From a candidate division FCPU426 bacterium (GTDB lineage Bacteria > Oederibacteriota > JAAXVQ01 > JAUVAV01), in assembly GCA_040756875.1 (NCBI GenBank), contig JBFLYH010000004.1:1-20437 (forward strand): DNA of 20,437 nt. The letters run 5' to 3'. The translations under genes were made by a program, and so were the position numbers. Below the pieces are notes generated by a model. It was not told the origin of the DNA, did no database searches, and saw nothing but the letters and a program-made list of their open reading frames with translations. This document shows positions 1-12,000 of the stretch, piece by piece (position 1 is the first letter of the stretch; each line of letters starts with the position of its first letter).

Positions 1-1
1 C

Positions 2-3000
2 CGCGGTCTGCGCCTTCTCGCCCTCGGCTTTCAAGGCGCGCAGCATGGCTTTCATCAGGTCGCGCTCCGCCTTCCGGCTTTCCGGCCTGGCCGCGTACCT
101 CAGGTACGCCTGCACGATCGGGCTGTCACCGCGCTGCAGCAGCGCGCCGAACGCCGTCTCGCTCAGGCCCAACCCTCCCACCACGCTCTGCCAGTAACCC
201 ATGGGATCGGCCTGCATGGCGAGCATTTGCATGCGCCGCGACGGGATCAGATGCATCAGGCGGGTGAGAACGGTCAGCCTGGGCCGCGGTACGGCCGTCA
301 TCTGCTCGATTTCGCCCGTATAGGCGCGGGCCACGACGTTCTCAGGCAACTCGGTCTTCAGCACGTCCGCCGCCTCCAATGCCTGTTTGACCGGCGCCGA
401 CACTTCGTACACCTGCGGGTTCGCCAGGTCCACGCCCTGAAGCTGAAGAGTGGTTACCCGGCCGGTCTTCACGCCGATAATGTTGCGAGACAGATCTTCG
501 CCGATCGTGAATACCTCGGCTTGCTCGGCGCGTGCTTGCCGCGCCAGTTCTCCCCTCAGCGCCAGGCCATCCGCCTGTTCCATGAGCCCCAGGGTCCCGG
601 TCGCCGTGCCGCGGATGGCGGTCAGCACGCGTTCGGCCAGTTCCAGCCGGCTGACCAATCCTTCCACGCCCCGGCGGCCACGCAATCCGGCCAGGGCCTG
701 TTGCACTGCAGCCAACTGCGCCTGGTTTGCAGCCGGCATGGATTGCACGTACACTTCCTGTCCGGCTACGGCCGCAACCGTCTCCACGCGCCGGGCTGCG
801 GCGTTCGCGGAAATGGCCTGTTCGCCTGCGATCAACCGGCTGACCACGCCGTTCGCCACCAATTGCCGCCGTGAAGCCTCCAGCTGCTGGCCTTCGCGCG
901 TCAGTTCGCGCAGCACGGCGGCCAGGCTGCCAGGAGCCACTCCCTGCAACTGTGAGGCAATCCGCATGACCGTTGCCAGGCTCGGCTCCGCGCCTTGCTC
1001 CAGCTCCTGCACCAGCGCATCTTTCAAGGCTTGCAGGCTTTGGTCAGCAGCCAGGTTTTGGGCGCTGGCAGCTTCGCGCAGGTATTCGTCAACCAAACCC
1101 GTCAGCTCCATGGCCGTTACGCCCACCTTCTGGCGCGTCGCCTGGTGCCAGGCTGCCGTCAGTTCACCGGCCAGCAGATTGTCCACGGCCGGCGCTTCCG
1201 CCTCAGCCGGCGCGGCCAGCGAAGGCAAACCAAAGGTTTGCGCCACTCCGTCCCACCGGCTGGCTTGATAATATTGTTCGGCCTGATAACCAGCGATCGC
1301 GCCGAAAAGCATGGCCTGGGTCCGGTAGCCCAGCCTGGCCAACGCGGTGCGCAGGGTGCCGTCCGCGGCGGGCATGGGATCAGCCATCTTGCGCAGCAGG
1401 CTGTCCGGCACGAAAATGCTCGCCCATTCGCCATGATCCGCAGCCTGATAATTCTCCTGATAGGCCCCCAGCAACTGCCCGCGCAGCAGGCGCTGCCAGA
1501 AACCACCCAGCTCCGACAAAGGACGGAACCGGATCTGCTTCACGTTGTATTCCCGCGCCGTGATCCGGTCCGGCAGCACCAGCGTCCGTTTGATCGCCTC
1601 AAACCGCGGGCTCAGATCGTCCACGGCCCTCGCGTCCGCGCGGACCCCGGCGAACACTGCCACCACGGTCTGCAGCAGGGCCAGCCCTGCCAGCACCACT
1701 GCCGCCAGCGAACGCACGGGCAGCCTCAGGTTGAGGTTCCCGGTCCCGCGCCCATCGGTCACGAACAAGACGGTCCGCAACCCGTAGTCCAGCAGCCGCC
1801 CCGGCAGGCTCCTCACCCCGCGGATCGGACGGTTCACGCCTTCAGGCAACACTTCCTGCACCCGCTTCAGTTCCGTCTGCACTGCCTGCCCGGCGGCCGT
1901 GGTTTGGGCCGGGGTTTCCGCAGCCTGGCTGGCCAGGACTTCGGCCGGAATCCGGGTGTCGATTTGCACCGGCGCAGCCGTAACCCCCGGCCTGCCTTGC
2001 GCCGCCTGCCAGCGTTGCACCAGGCCTTGCAGTCCCGGCAGCATCGCCAGCATGCCGGCGATGTCGTTCTTAAACTGCTCGTGGAATATGATCCTTTCGG
2101 CTTCCCGAGGATGATCCCGCTGCAGAATGTCCATGGCCGCCGGATTCGCATTGATGGCGTTCGACCAGGCGATCGCGTCCCAGCGGGCCTGGCGTTGCAA
2201 TTCAGCCATCGCCGCGCCGGGAATCGCGTTCACCCAGGCACGGTAGGCCGGCCCGTCCAGCCTCAGGGCGTCGAAACTCGGGTGGTCCGTCTTCCCTGCG
2301 CCGGCCCAATACACCTGCAACTGGGCTTCCAGCATGGCGTCGCGCACAAAGCGGCCCGTATTCAGGAATCCCAGCGCCCCGACGGCCAGATATCCGCCGG
2401 ACAGCGCGGACAAGGTCATGCCCAGCAGGCTCAAGGCCGTGTTTTCCGCGCCCAGTCCGAGGCTGACCGAAATGCCGAACAGCCCGATCGCGCCCACGGC
2501 CGCCACGCCGGCTGCGATATAACCCCACAGCGCCCGGAAAGGATGGGGCCGGTTGAGATAACTCAGCAAAGCCGGCAAACTGATCAGCGCCGCGCCGGCG
2601 ATAATGACCGTGACCGCGGCCACTCCCAGGCCGCCTGTGACCACGGTGCCGATCACGCCGGCCAGGACCAACCCGAAGCCGGCCAGGGCGCTCCATAAAG
2701 TGACGCGCGACCGGGCGTAGCCGCGGTCATCGAGCCGGGCATCAGCCGGACGCCGGCCGGTCTCCCGGACCGCCGCCTCATGGCCAAAGAGCGAGCGCAC
2801 GTAGTACAGCGGCCCCAGCTCAAAGGTGACCTTGGAAAGCAAGTCCGGCCTGGTGGCCTGCACGTGCCGCAAATAAGCCAGGTTGGGCATGGGCGTGTCA
2901 TTGCCGAACAACGCCGCCCCGTGGCTGGCGATTTCGGAACGGAAGCGCGGATCCGTGTTGGTGATGTGCAGCCAGCCGATGATGTCTTGCATGCTGTCAT

Positions 3001-6000
3001 ACCCTTCCAAAACCCGCGCCAGTATTTCCGCACGCAGCTGATCGCGTTCGGCCGCGGTTTTGGCCTGCATGAATTGCCGGCTCAATTCCGGGTGGCCTTC
3101 CACGATCCAATGCCAGGTGTCGAAAACGATCTGAATGGGGACCGTCGTGCCCGGATGCTTGGCCGCCCAGGCGTCCCGCCAGGCCCGCACTTCGGCCACG
3201 CTGGCCTGGAACATGCCCAAATCGCGCCCCTGGGTCAGTTCGAACACCGGCTCAATCAGCAGGCTGATGTTGTTGGCCACGGCCCGCTCGGCCACGGCCA
3301 TGAGCAGCTCCATGCGGCTCTTGCCGGTCAGGCCCTCTTCGCGGGCGAAGATCTCCAGGAACGGGCCAAGCAGCTCGGTATGGATGATCATCTTCGCTTC
3401 CTCGCCCTTTTCAAACTTGCGGTTGATCAGGGGATAGAGGAGCTCGATATGCGTGTCATACGACACGCCGTGCAGGGTCTGGATCTCCAGCTTTCCGCGC
3501 CGCGCCAGGCGTAAAGCCACTTCCGGCTGGTTGCCGTCGTCGTAGATCTCCGCGCGTTTCAAGCCCAGATACCGGCTGGCCACCCACAGGTAGCTGCGCA
3601 GGAAGGCCGGAGTCAGCCACCGCGCCAAGCGCAGAATCGTGGTGTTTTGCACGGAATGCAGGATCATGGTCGGACTCATGGAGATCCCGCCGCGCTGGAA
3701 AACGGTCCGCAGCATTTCGCGGTCCGAAGCGGACAGCGGGCCTTCTTCGTCAGTCTTGGGATAACGGACTTTCAACTGCGCCTGGCGGGTCAGGTGCCGG
3801 CCCAGCAGGACCAAACCGGCCACTGCCAGCAGGCCGGCGGCCAGACCCGTGGCGCCCACGGCAAAGGCCAGATACATCGCGGCAAAAGCCAGGGCTATGG
3901 CGCCCATGAGCATGACCGTGCCCGTGCTGGCGGCGCGCTGTTCGCCCAGAGCCGTGTCGCTCTGAATGGCCTGCACCGCAGCCTGCGGCGAAGCTTCCAG
4001 AACCGTCCGGTTGACAATGCCCGGATTGTCCGCCATAACCAGGCGGAAGATCTCGATTTCCGGAACCAGCCCATAGGGATCGATCACCCGGCCGCGCTGC
4101 AATTCCACGGGCAGTTTCATATCATCCAAGCGGGAGTTGCCGAAATAGAACCGCTGGACCATGCCGTTCATTTGCCGGTAGAAATCCGTCAGCAAGGGCA
4201 GCAGGCGGCCGCGAATTTCGGATTCCGTAAGCCCTTCGGCGATCCACTGCTGGATTTCAGGCCCGTACACATCCATGGCCAAATGCCAGGGATTCAGGGT
4301 GATGCCGATCGGCGCCTGGGCCGCGGTCTTGCCCGGATGGCGCGCCAGCCAGGCATCCTGCAGCTTGCGCACATGGGCGATCAGGTTGCGCATGTAATCC
4401 GCGCGCGAACGGCCGGTTTCATCCAGCAATTGTTCGCTCCGCCAGCCGATCGTGGTCTCCATCAGGATGACGACATTGGCTTCAGAAGCGCGGTCCAGCA
4501 GCGCCAGTTCCTCTTCGCGCACATCGGCTTGCAGGGCGCGGTCCGTGTGGAAGGCCAGGAAGTCGCGGCTGTCAGCCACGCCCGGGCCGCCTTGTTTCAT
4601 GGAGAAATAATCGTCCCAATTCGGCCAGTGAATATTGTAGGAAACCCGCCCGGGATGCTTCATACCCAAGACGCGGTCAATGCTCTCCACCACCGGGTCG
4701 CCCCAGGCATGGTGGTAGCCTGCCGGCTCGGGCAGCTCGCCCTTGGCGATCATGTCCAGCTGCTCAGGCGAGGCGAACACTTCCATGTTGCGGGAACCGG
4801 TGAAGTATTTGTAATAATCGAGGTAGGTGTGAATCATCCAATTCAACGGCTGGCCGTGGACGCGTTCGCCGACAAAGCCGAACGCCACCGTGGAGGCGCT
4901 GGAACGCCCCAGCATGAACTTGGCCAGGGCCGAATCAGACAGTTGCTGGTAATTGCCGGCTGCCAGGGCCGCGCGTTCCTGCGGCGTGTAATCCACCACC
5001 GGCTGGCGCATGGCCAAGCGCCCCAAGCCCGTGAACAGCACCGCCACCAGAAGGCCGGCCAGGAGCACGGCTTTCATCCGCCGGGTCATGAAAACCACGG
5101 TACCGATCACGACCCCGAGCGTTACGACCACCGCGGCCACTGGAATGGAGATCGCGCCGGTCAAGGCCAAGGCCACGCCAGCCACGATCAGGGACGCTCC
5201 GCCCAAGACAGCCGCCAACTCCGCACTGATGAACCCGGCCTCGCCCCTGCGGGTAGCAGTGGTCTCGCCCCGGTCCTTCGCCGCCTGGGCTTCGCTGTAG
5301 CTGTAGACAATGCGGCCCACTTCATCGATGCCTCTGACGATGCCGTGGTATCCATTGGCTTTTCCCTTCGGCTGCAATAAGTAGCCGATGATTTCCCGGA
5401 TGTATTTGGATGGCTTTTTAAGGTCGACGGCCAACGTATAGATGGTAACGACCTGACCTTGCTTCATTTTTTCATAGACTTGTCTAGCTGTCTGGATAAA
5501 ACCGCTTGTCCGGGTCAAAAGAAACGCCGGAACAAACTCAGGAGCCATGTCCAAAAAGAAACTGGCGTCACGGGTCTTGTCCCACTCATTGGTTTTTTGG
5601 TAAGGGACGGAAGCCAAGGCTGCCAGCAGGTTCGCTTGCCGCAGAGCCGCCGTGGCGATTCCGCTTACCTCCCTGTAGGTTTCCATCAAAATGTATTTAT
5701 TCCTGGCCACTTGCTCGACTGCCAAGGCCGCTTTCATTTCATCATCCGATATGACTTGTTGTTCCACCAATCCCCGGAAGACCCGCGCCAATTCCTGTTT
5801 GCGGTCGCCTGCCAACGAGAACAAGCTCGCCAGGTAAGCTATGGCCTCGCTCCGAATGAATAATTCCCGGTTGGCCAAAGCCTGGACAAATTCGTCACGC
5901 AAGGACTCCATGCCTTTTTCGTCCATGCGCGGCAAGGTCTCGGCCAAGGTCCGATAGTATTCCTGCCAGCCTGCCTTGCGTTTCGCGGTGTCCAGCACCT

Positions 6001-9000
6001 GATTCAGTTTTCCCAATGTCGTTTGGGGCGTTGTCTGGCGCTTGCTGGCATAAACCACGCTGTTATCCGGCAGCTTTCTGCGGGCAAAGCCCGCCATGCC
6101 ATCTGCAATCGCTTTTTCAGAAACCAAGTAGGCGGTTATTTTATAGAAGCTATGCCATGGGACAACCAGGAACAATCCCATCTGACTGATTTCCGACCTG
6201 ATGATCCTCGTCAATTCTTCTTCCGTCACTTCTCTTCCCGCTTCCATATGGGCATCCAAAAGGCGGGCAAGGATGTATCGGCCGGCTGCTTCCTCGTCTT
6301 GTTCTATTTGTTCCTGGGCAAGGTGCGTCAGAGATCCCAGCAGCATATGGATGGCGACATTCTGCGGCGACCCCAGCTTGCCAAAGCTCGGATCCATATA
6401 TCCCCGCATCATGCCCATGCCGGCGGCCAAACCTGGCAGCCAGTTAACCAGCCGGAAATTCCAAAAAGCATGCAGGGCAAAAGCCAGCACGGCACCTGCC
6501 ACCGCGCCCAACACCGCACCCAGGCCCGGCAGAACCACACCGCCGAGGACCAATCCTCCCAACACTAATGCCACCATGCCCAGTGCCAAGATCGACTGCT
6601 GGATAATATGCCGCATGGTCCGCGGCACTTCCCGGTAGGTTTGAATATTCCGGTCATAAATCAGTGCCGTTTTACCGTGCAACGCCGAAAATGAAGCGAC
6701 ATAGGCGCCGCCCAACAGTGCCAGCCCGGCAGCCAGGTTCTCCGGCGAAATCGAGAAAAACAAAGCCAGGCCCAGACCGATCACCGGCAGCATGCCCAGG
6801 TGTTCCTTGGCGATTTTCCCCCAGGTCGGCCGGACGGCTGCCGCTGCCGCCGGTACGGCCGCCTCGGCCGCCGGCGCCGCCTTGAGCCCGGCTTCCATCT
6901 GCCGCAGAATGCCGCCCTCCGCGATCCCCCGGTTCACGATCTCGTCCGCGCGCGCCTGCGTGTTCGCGTTCGAATAGATCCTCAGCTGCGGCGCGTTCCC
7001 CGACGGCCTCACGTGCGCCACGTCGTTGTTCGCAAAGCGCACACGCACCCCGTCCACGAAGTTCACGCTCACCACGCCCGCGAACCCGTCCGCTGCCGTG
7101 AAATACTGCTCCAGCTCCGCCTTCTTCCCCTCCAGCTCCACCCGCAGCGCGGCCCCGGGAAGCAGCTCCTTCACTTCCCCGTCGAACATCTCCACATACA
7201 CCGTCCCGTCCCGGAACATCACCTGCCGCACGTACGGGTCGCTCGGCTTCAGGTTCCTCAACAGCAGCTGGCTCGCCGCCACCGGGAAGTTGTCCAACAG
7301 CCCTGCCTGCGTCGAACGCTGCGGCAGCGCCGCGAAGTCCGCCGACACGCTCCCCGCCTTCGCGCCCGACAGCAAGGCCACCACGATCGGCAGGATCGCG
7401 TCACGCGTCGGCAACGCCGCCAGCTTCTTCCCGAACAGCTCCACCTCCGTCGCCGTCAGGAATCCGCCGTTCACTTCCCACGACACCACCACCGGCGACG
7501 CCCCCTTGTACTGCTTCTCCGCCGACGCTTTCATCACCTTCACCGCCGCGTCCATCTCCGCGATCACGTACGGCGACCCGATCTGCGTCTGCTGCAGCTT
7601 GATCCCCGCGCGCCCCAATTCCGTCGCCACCGAATCGTTCGCGCTGATCGGCACCGCCGCGAAATCCGCCCCCAGGTACTTCGCCACCACGATCCCCAGC
7701 TCGTCTCCCCGGTTGAAACGCCCGTTCTCGTCCACCACGAACGGACGGTCCGAATCCCCGTCCGTCGACACGATCGCGAACGGCCGGTGATCCTGCGCCA
7801 ATGCCCAGAAATTCTCCCGCGTCTCCTGCGTCACGTTCTCCGTGTCCTTCGGAACGAATTTCTCGCTCCGCTGCACCGCCACCACGTCCGCGCCCATTCC
7901 CTTCAATATCCGCACCAGCATGTCACGACCCACTGCCGAGTGCTGTTCCACCACGATCTTCTTTCCTGCCAGTGCGTCCTTCGGCAACACGTCCAGATAC
8001 CGCGCCACGAACTCCTCTTCCGCCGCGTTCGTCCCCGCCGGCAGCGCCACTGCCTTCCCACCCTTGAACATCCCGTTCTCCGCGAACAGGCTCTCGTCCG
8101 CCGAACGCGTCACTTCCTCCGAACGCGCCTTGGCCACTGCCGCCAGGATCCCCGTCTCGTCCGCCTTCAGCACCTCGCCCTGCGGCTTGTTGAACTTGAT
8201 CCCGTTCCGGTCGTCCGGAATGTGCGACCCCGTCACCATCACGCTCGCCAGCCCCCGCTGCATCGCGTAGTACATCACCGCCGGGCTCGGCACTTTCCCC
8301 ACGTTCTCCACTTCGCAGCCCGCGTCGCGGATCCCCTGCGCCACTGCCTCCATGATCCGGTCCGTCGAGCTCCTCAGGTCCCCGCCCACCACGATCCGGT
8401 CTCCCCGCTTGATCTGCCCCGTCGCGATCAGGTACTCCACGTACCCCTTCGTGTTGATGTACACTTCCGCGTCCGTCATGTCCGTGACCAGCCCGCGCAG
8501 ACCCGACGTCCCGAACGCCAGCGGCCGGTTCTTCGTCCAGGCGACGACCTGCGCCACGTTGCGGTTCAGCCAGGCCCGAACGCGCTGGGCCAGGCTGGTT
8601 ATCCCCAAGGTTGCGGCGACGGCCATCAAAAGCATCACCGTGCCGAAAAAGATCGTGGTGACCACGTCGCCGTACACCATCACCGGATCGGTCGAGCTCA
8701 CATTGGCATCGTAGCCCGCCATGAAAGCCAGACCCCAATAAACCATCGTCGTGACAAACGACAACACCGTGATGCCCGACATCACAGAAGCGGCGTTTTC
8801 CGCAATCGCGCGGACCGCAGCCAGGCGAGGCATTCCCGGCGCCAGCGCATTCCTGCGCTGCATAAGCGCCACGGTCAGGGTGCCGGCCAAGGCCAGCATC
8901 CCGGCAAACATCAGCACCGCGCCGCCCACAGCCGCTGCGCCGGCCAGGGTCATCGCTAAATAAGCGCCCGCGATCATCGCGCCCAATCCTGCCACGGACA

Positions 9001-12000
9001 GGCCCAGCGTGCTCATGAACCCCAGCGTCGCAAACCCCGCCTCGCCCCGGCGGCCGGCTTCCGGCCGCATCCGGTTCTGCTGCAGGATTTCAGCGACCGG
9101 CAGCTTGTACTTGCCTTCCCTGAAGAAATATTTCATCCGCGCCAGGTTCTTGCCCACCGTGCTGACCGCGAAGCGCTTCAGCGGCAGGGCCGCGATTTGC
9201 GCGCCGAGGGCTTCGGCCGCAGCCGGATCGCTTTCGGCCAGGCGCAGGGGCTCTTTGGCCTGGAAGTCTTCCATATATTGGTCCACCGTATCCATGCGGA
9301 TGCCTTCGCGCTTATAGAACGCGGCCATCTCTTCAGCCACCTGCGCTTCGGATTTTCCGGTCGCTACCGCCTCCAGCTTGGTCACCGTCTCCTTGAAGGC
9401 GTCGATGGCCGCTCCGTGCACTTCGCGGTCCGCATTGATCATGGCCACCAGTGCGCGCAGCAGCAGCCCGCCCAGGCCCACCCAAATCCGGTCCACCAGG
9501 CCGCGCAGCAAACCGTCCCGGGTCGCGCCCGGATAACCGAGGATGTAGTCCCGGCGCTGCCGGAAGACCCGGAAGAGCATCTCGCTGTTGTCCTGCGGCC
9601 TGACCGTGGATTCGGCTTCCGAAGCCAGCCAGGCGATCGGCGCTTCGACAATGGTTTCGCCCAGCAGTTTCAACTGCGTTAGCAGGGCGGTGTCAATGGC
9701 CATTTGCTGAGGGTGTTGCTTGAAGGTCGATTGCATGCGGCGAAGGACATCAGGCGTGAACATTTTGAATCCCCGCTGCGTGTCCGTGATCCGGCCGACG
9801 ATCGGAATCGTGGAGCGGCTCAGCCGAAGCAGGCCGTTGGCCAGCAGGTTGTACACCAGGCTCTTGATCTTGCGGCCTGTGGATTTCGAGGCCACCACTG
9901 AGTCCGAGGCCTCGCTGGTTCCCACTGCTGCATGCGCGCCCCGGCGGATAGGATCCACCAGTAGGCCGATTTGCATCAAATCCGTGGAAATGTCGGCATC
10001 TGTGTAGGAAACGTACGATTTCCGACCGGGGGTTTCGGCGGCCAGCTGCTCGCCCATCCACAGCATATACTGGATGGACCCGCCTTTGCGGCTGAGGCTC
10101 TCGTTGGCGTATTCCGCCAAAACCGGCGCACTGCCCGGCTGCGCAGCTTCGCGCCGGATGGCGTCCTGCACGCGCACCACCTTGAACCTGAGCTGAAGAT
10201 CGGCTTCCAGGCTCCAGGAACCGAAGCGGTCGCCGGTCGCCCGGCCGGACTGACCGAACAGGGCTTCCAGGAAGACCTGCATCATTTCGCCGGAATGGAT
10301 TTCGATGCCCTGGTCGGACTTGGGGCGCACGGTTTCGAACTCGTCGTCGCTGATGACGAATTCCACGCGCAGATTGGGGTTTCGCTGCAGCAGCTCCTGC
10401 ACCTGGGTGATCTTCATGCGCAGGAAGTCCTCGTTAAAGAGACGCATCTGTTCGCCGTATACTGCAAATGTAATGTAGATCGTGGTCGGTTCGGTCACCT
10501 GCAGCAGGCGCAGCATGGAATCCGCGTTTTTTGCCGCAGCCTTGAACCAGTAGGAAGAGGAAGCGGAGCGGGCCGCGCCGGCGATCGCGTCAAAACCCAC
10601 CGTTCCTTCGGCCGCATGATACAAAAGCGCACTCATCACCCGCTGGCCGTTCAATTCTGCCAGGTTTTTCTGGTCAAACAGGTCCGTGTCCGTCAAGTGC
10701 TCGCGCATGAAGGCCACAGCTTCCTGGTGTCCCTGTTTTTGTTTTTCCTCGAGGGTCTTGTAGAACCGGGTCACTTGAAGCTTGCGGGCCATGTCCGCAG
10801 CCAGGCTGGTTTTGGCCGCGTCGTAGGCGAACAAATTCAGGGCGGGTTCGGCCAGAATCTGGATGGCATTGACCGCCTCGGTTTCCGAAGCGGATGCCAG
10901 GGCTTGGGCCTGGATTTCATCCACGGTAGCGCGCGCGATCAAGGCCGCGGATGCGAGCATCTGTTCCCTTTTCACCCCGTCTGTGCTGGCATGTTCCAGG
11001 GTGAGGTCCTGGATAATATCGACAAACTGCAAGGCTGGATTCTGGTAAGCAGAGGCCATGAGGCTGGCCAATACGGCCATGGCTTCGCCTTCGCTGACGA
11101 ATTCACCGGCTGCCAGCGCCTGGTCAAAGGCTTCCATGAGCTGCGCGAACTCCGCGGGGTCCTTCATCTGCCGGACCTGCCAGCCCAGATCATTGGTCGC
11201 CGCCTTTTTCGCGGCCTGCATGAACACCTGCTTGTCCACTTTTTCTTTCTTGCGTTTGGCCTCGGCCACCAATGCATCATAGTGGCCTGAGGTCAGGTTC
11301 CTGAACCGGATCGCGCCTTCCGTACCCGGCGTTTCCGGTTCCGCAGGCGTGCGCCCCAGCAGGCGGGTGAGCGCGCGACCGATATAAAAACGCAGAGGGT
11401 GGGATTGGTTGAACGCCCAGGCTTGCAGGACTTGGAAGACCGCGTCAATCAGGATCTGCGCGATGGAGCGGATGGGCAGGATCAGCATCCCAACAGCCAT
11501 GCTCATGGGAATGACGTTTTGCAGGACGAAATTGTAAGCAATGGCAATGGGCGCCTTGGCAATGAAGAAATCCATGAACTTCTTGCTTTCGTTCTTGAAG
11601 CTGAACGACTTGAGGGATTTTGCGAAAAAGGTGGTGATGATCCAATACTCGAACATCATCACCACCGTGCCCGCGCCTAAAACCGTGCGCACCCATTTGA
11701 CCGCCCAATCCATGCCTTGCAGGGCCTCGGTCCACCCCAGGGCCTGCGCCAGGCCCGAGGCGCCCCAGCCCGCAGCCGGCGCGGCCCAGTCGATGAAGTT
11801 GAAGATCAATTGGGTCTGGATGCCAAAGGTCAGGCCGATGAGCGTGGCCATGACCGATTGTTTCAATTTATATTCCGGCCGGTCGGATATTTTCTGGCCG
11901 ATGGCGTCCGTAATGCCCGCAATGGCGCCGCCGGTCAGGGCGGACAGGGCGTACGGTTCGATAAGGCGCCAGAATCCGATCAGGTTTTCGGTGCTGAACG

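Noticed and set aside
2069-2092. IIFHEQFK as a zinc metallopeptidase HExxH site
   Set aside because: The second His is missing (Lys instead) and there is no other supporting motif.
6083-6100. GMAGF (also near 17324-17340) as additional G|F junction motifs
   Set aside because: Followed by charged residues (ARRK, ERKT) rather than a hydrophobic helix, and lacking the basic prefix.
6881-8524. Calling stand-alone manB genes
   Set aside because: There are no flanking stops in frame, so the PMM is a domain of the continuous ORF and no gene symbol was assigned.
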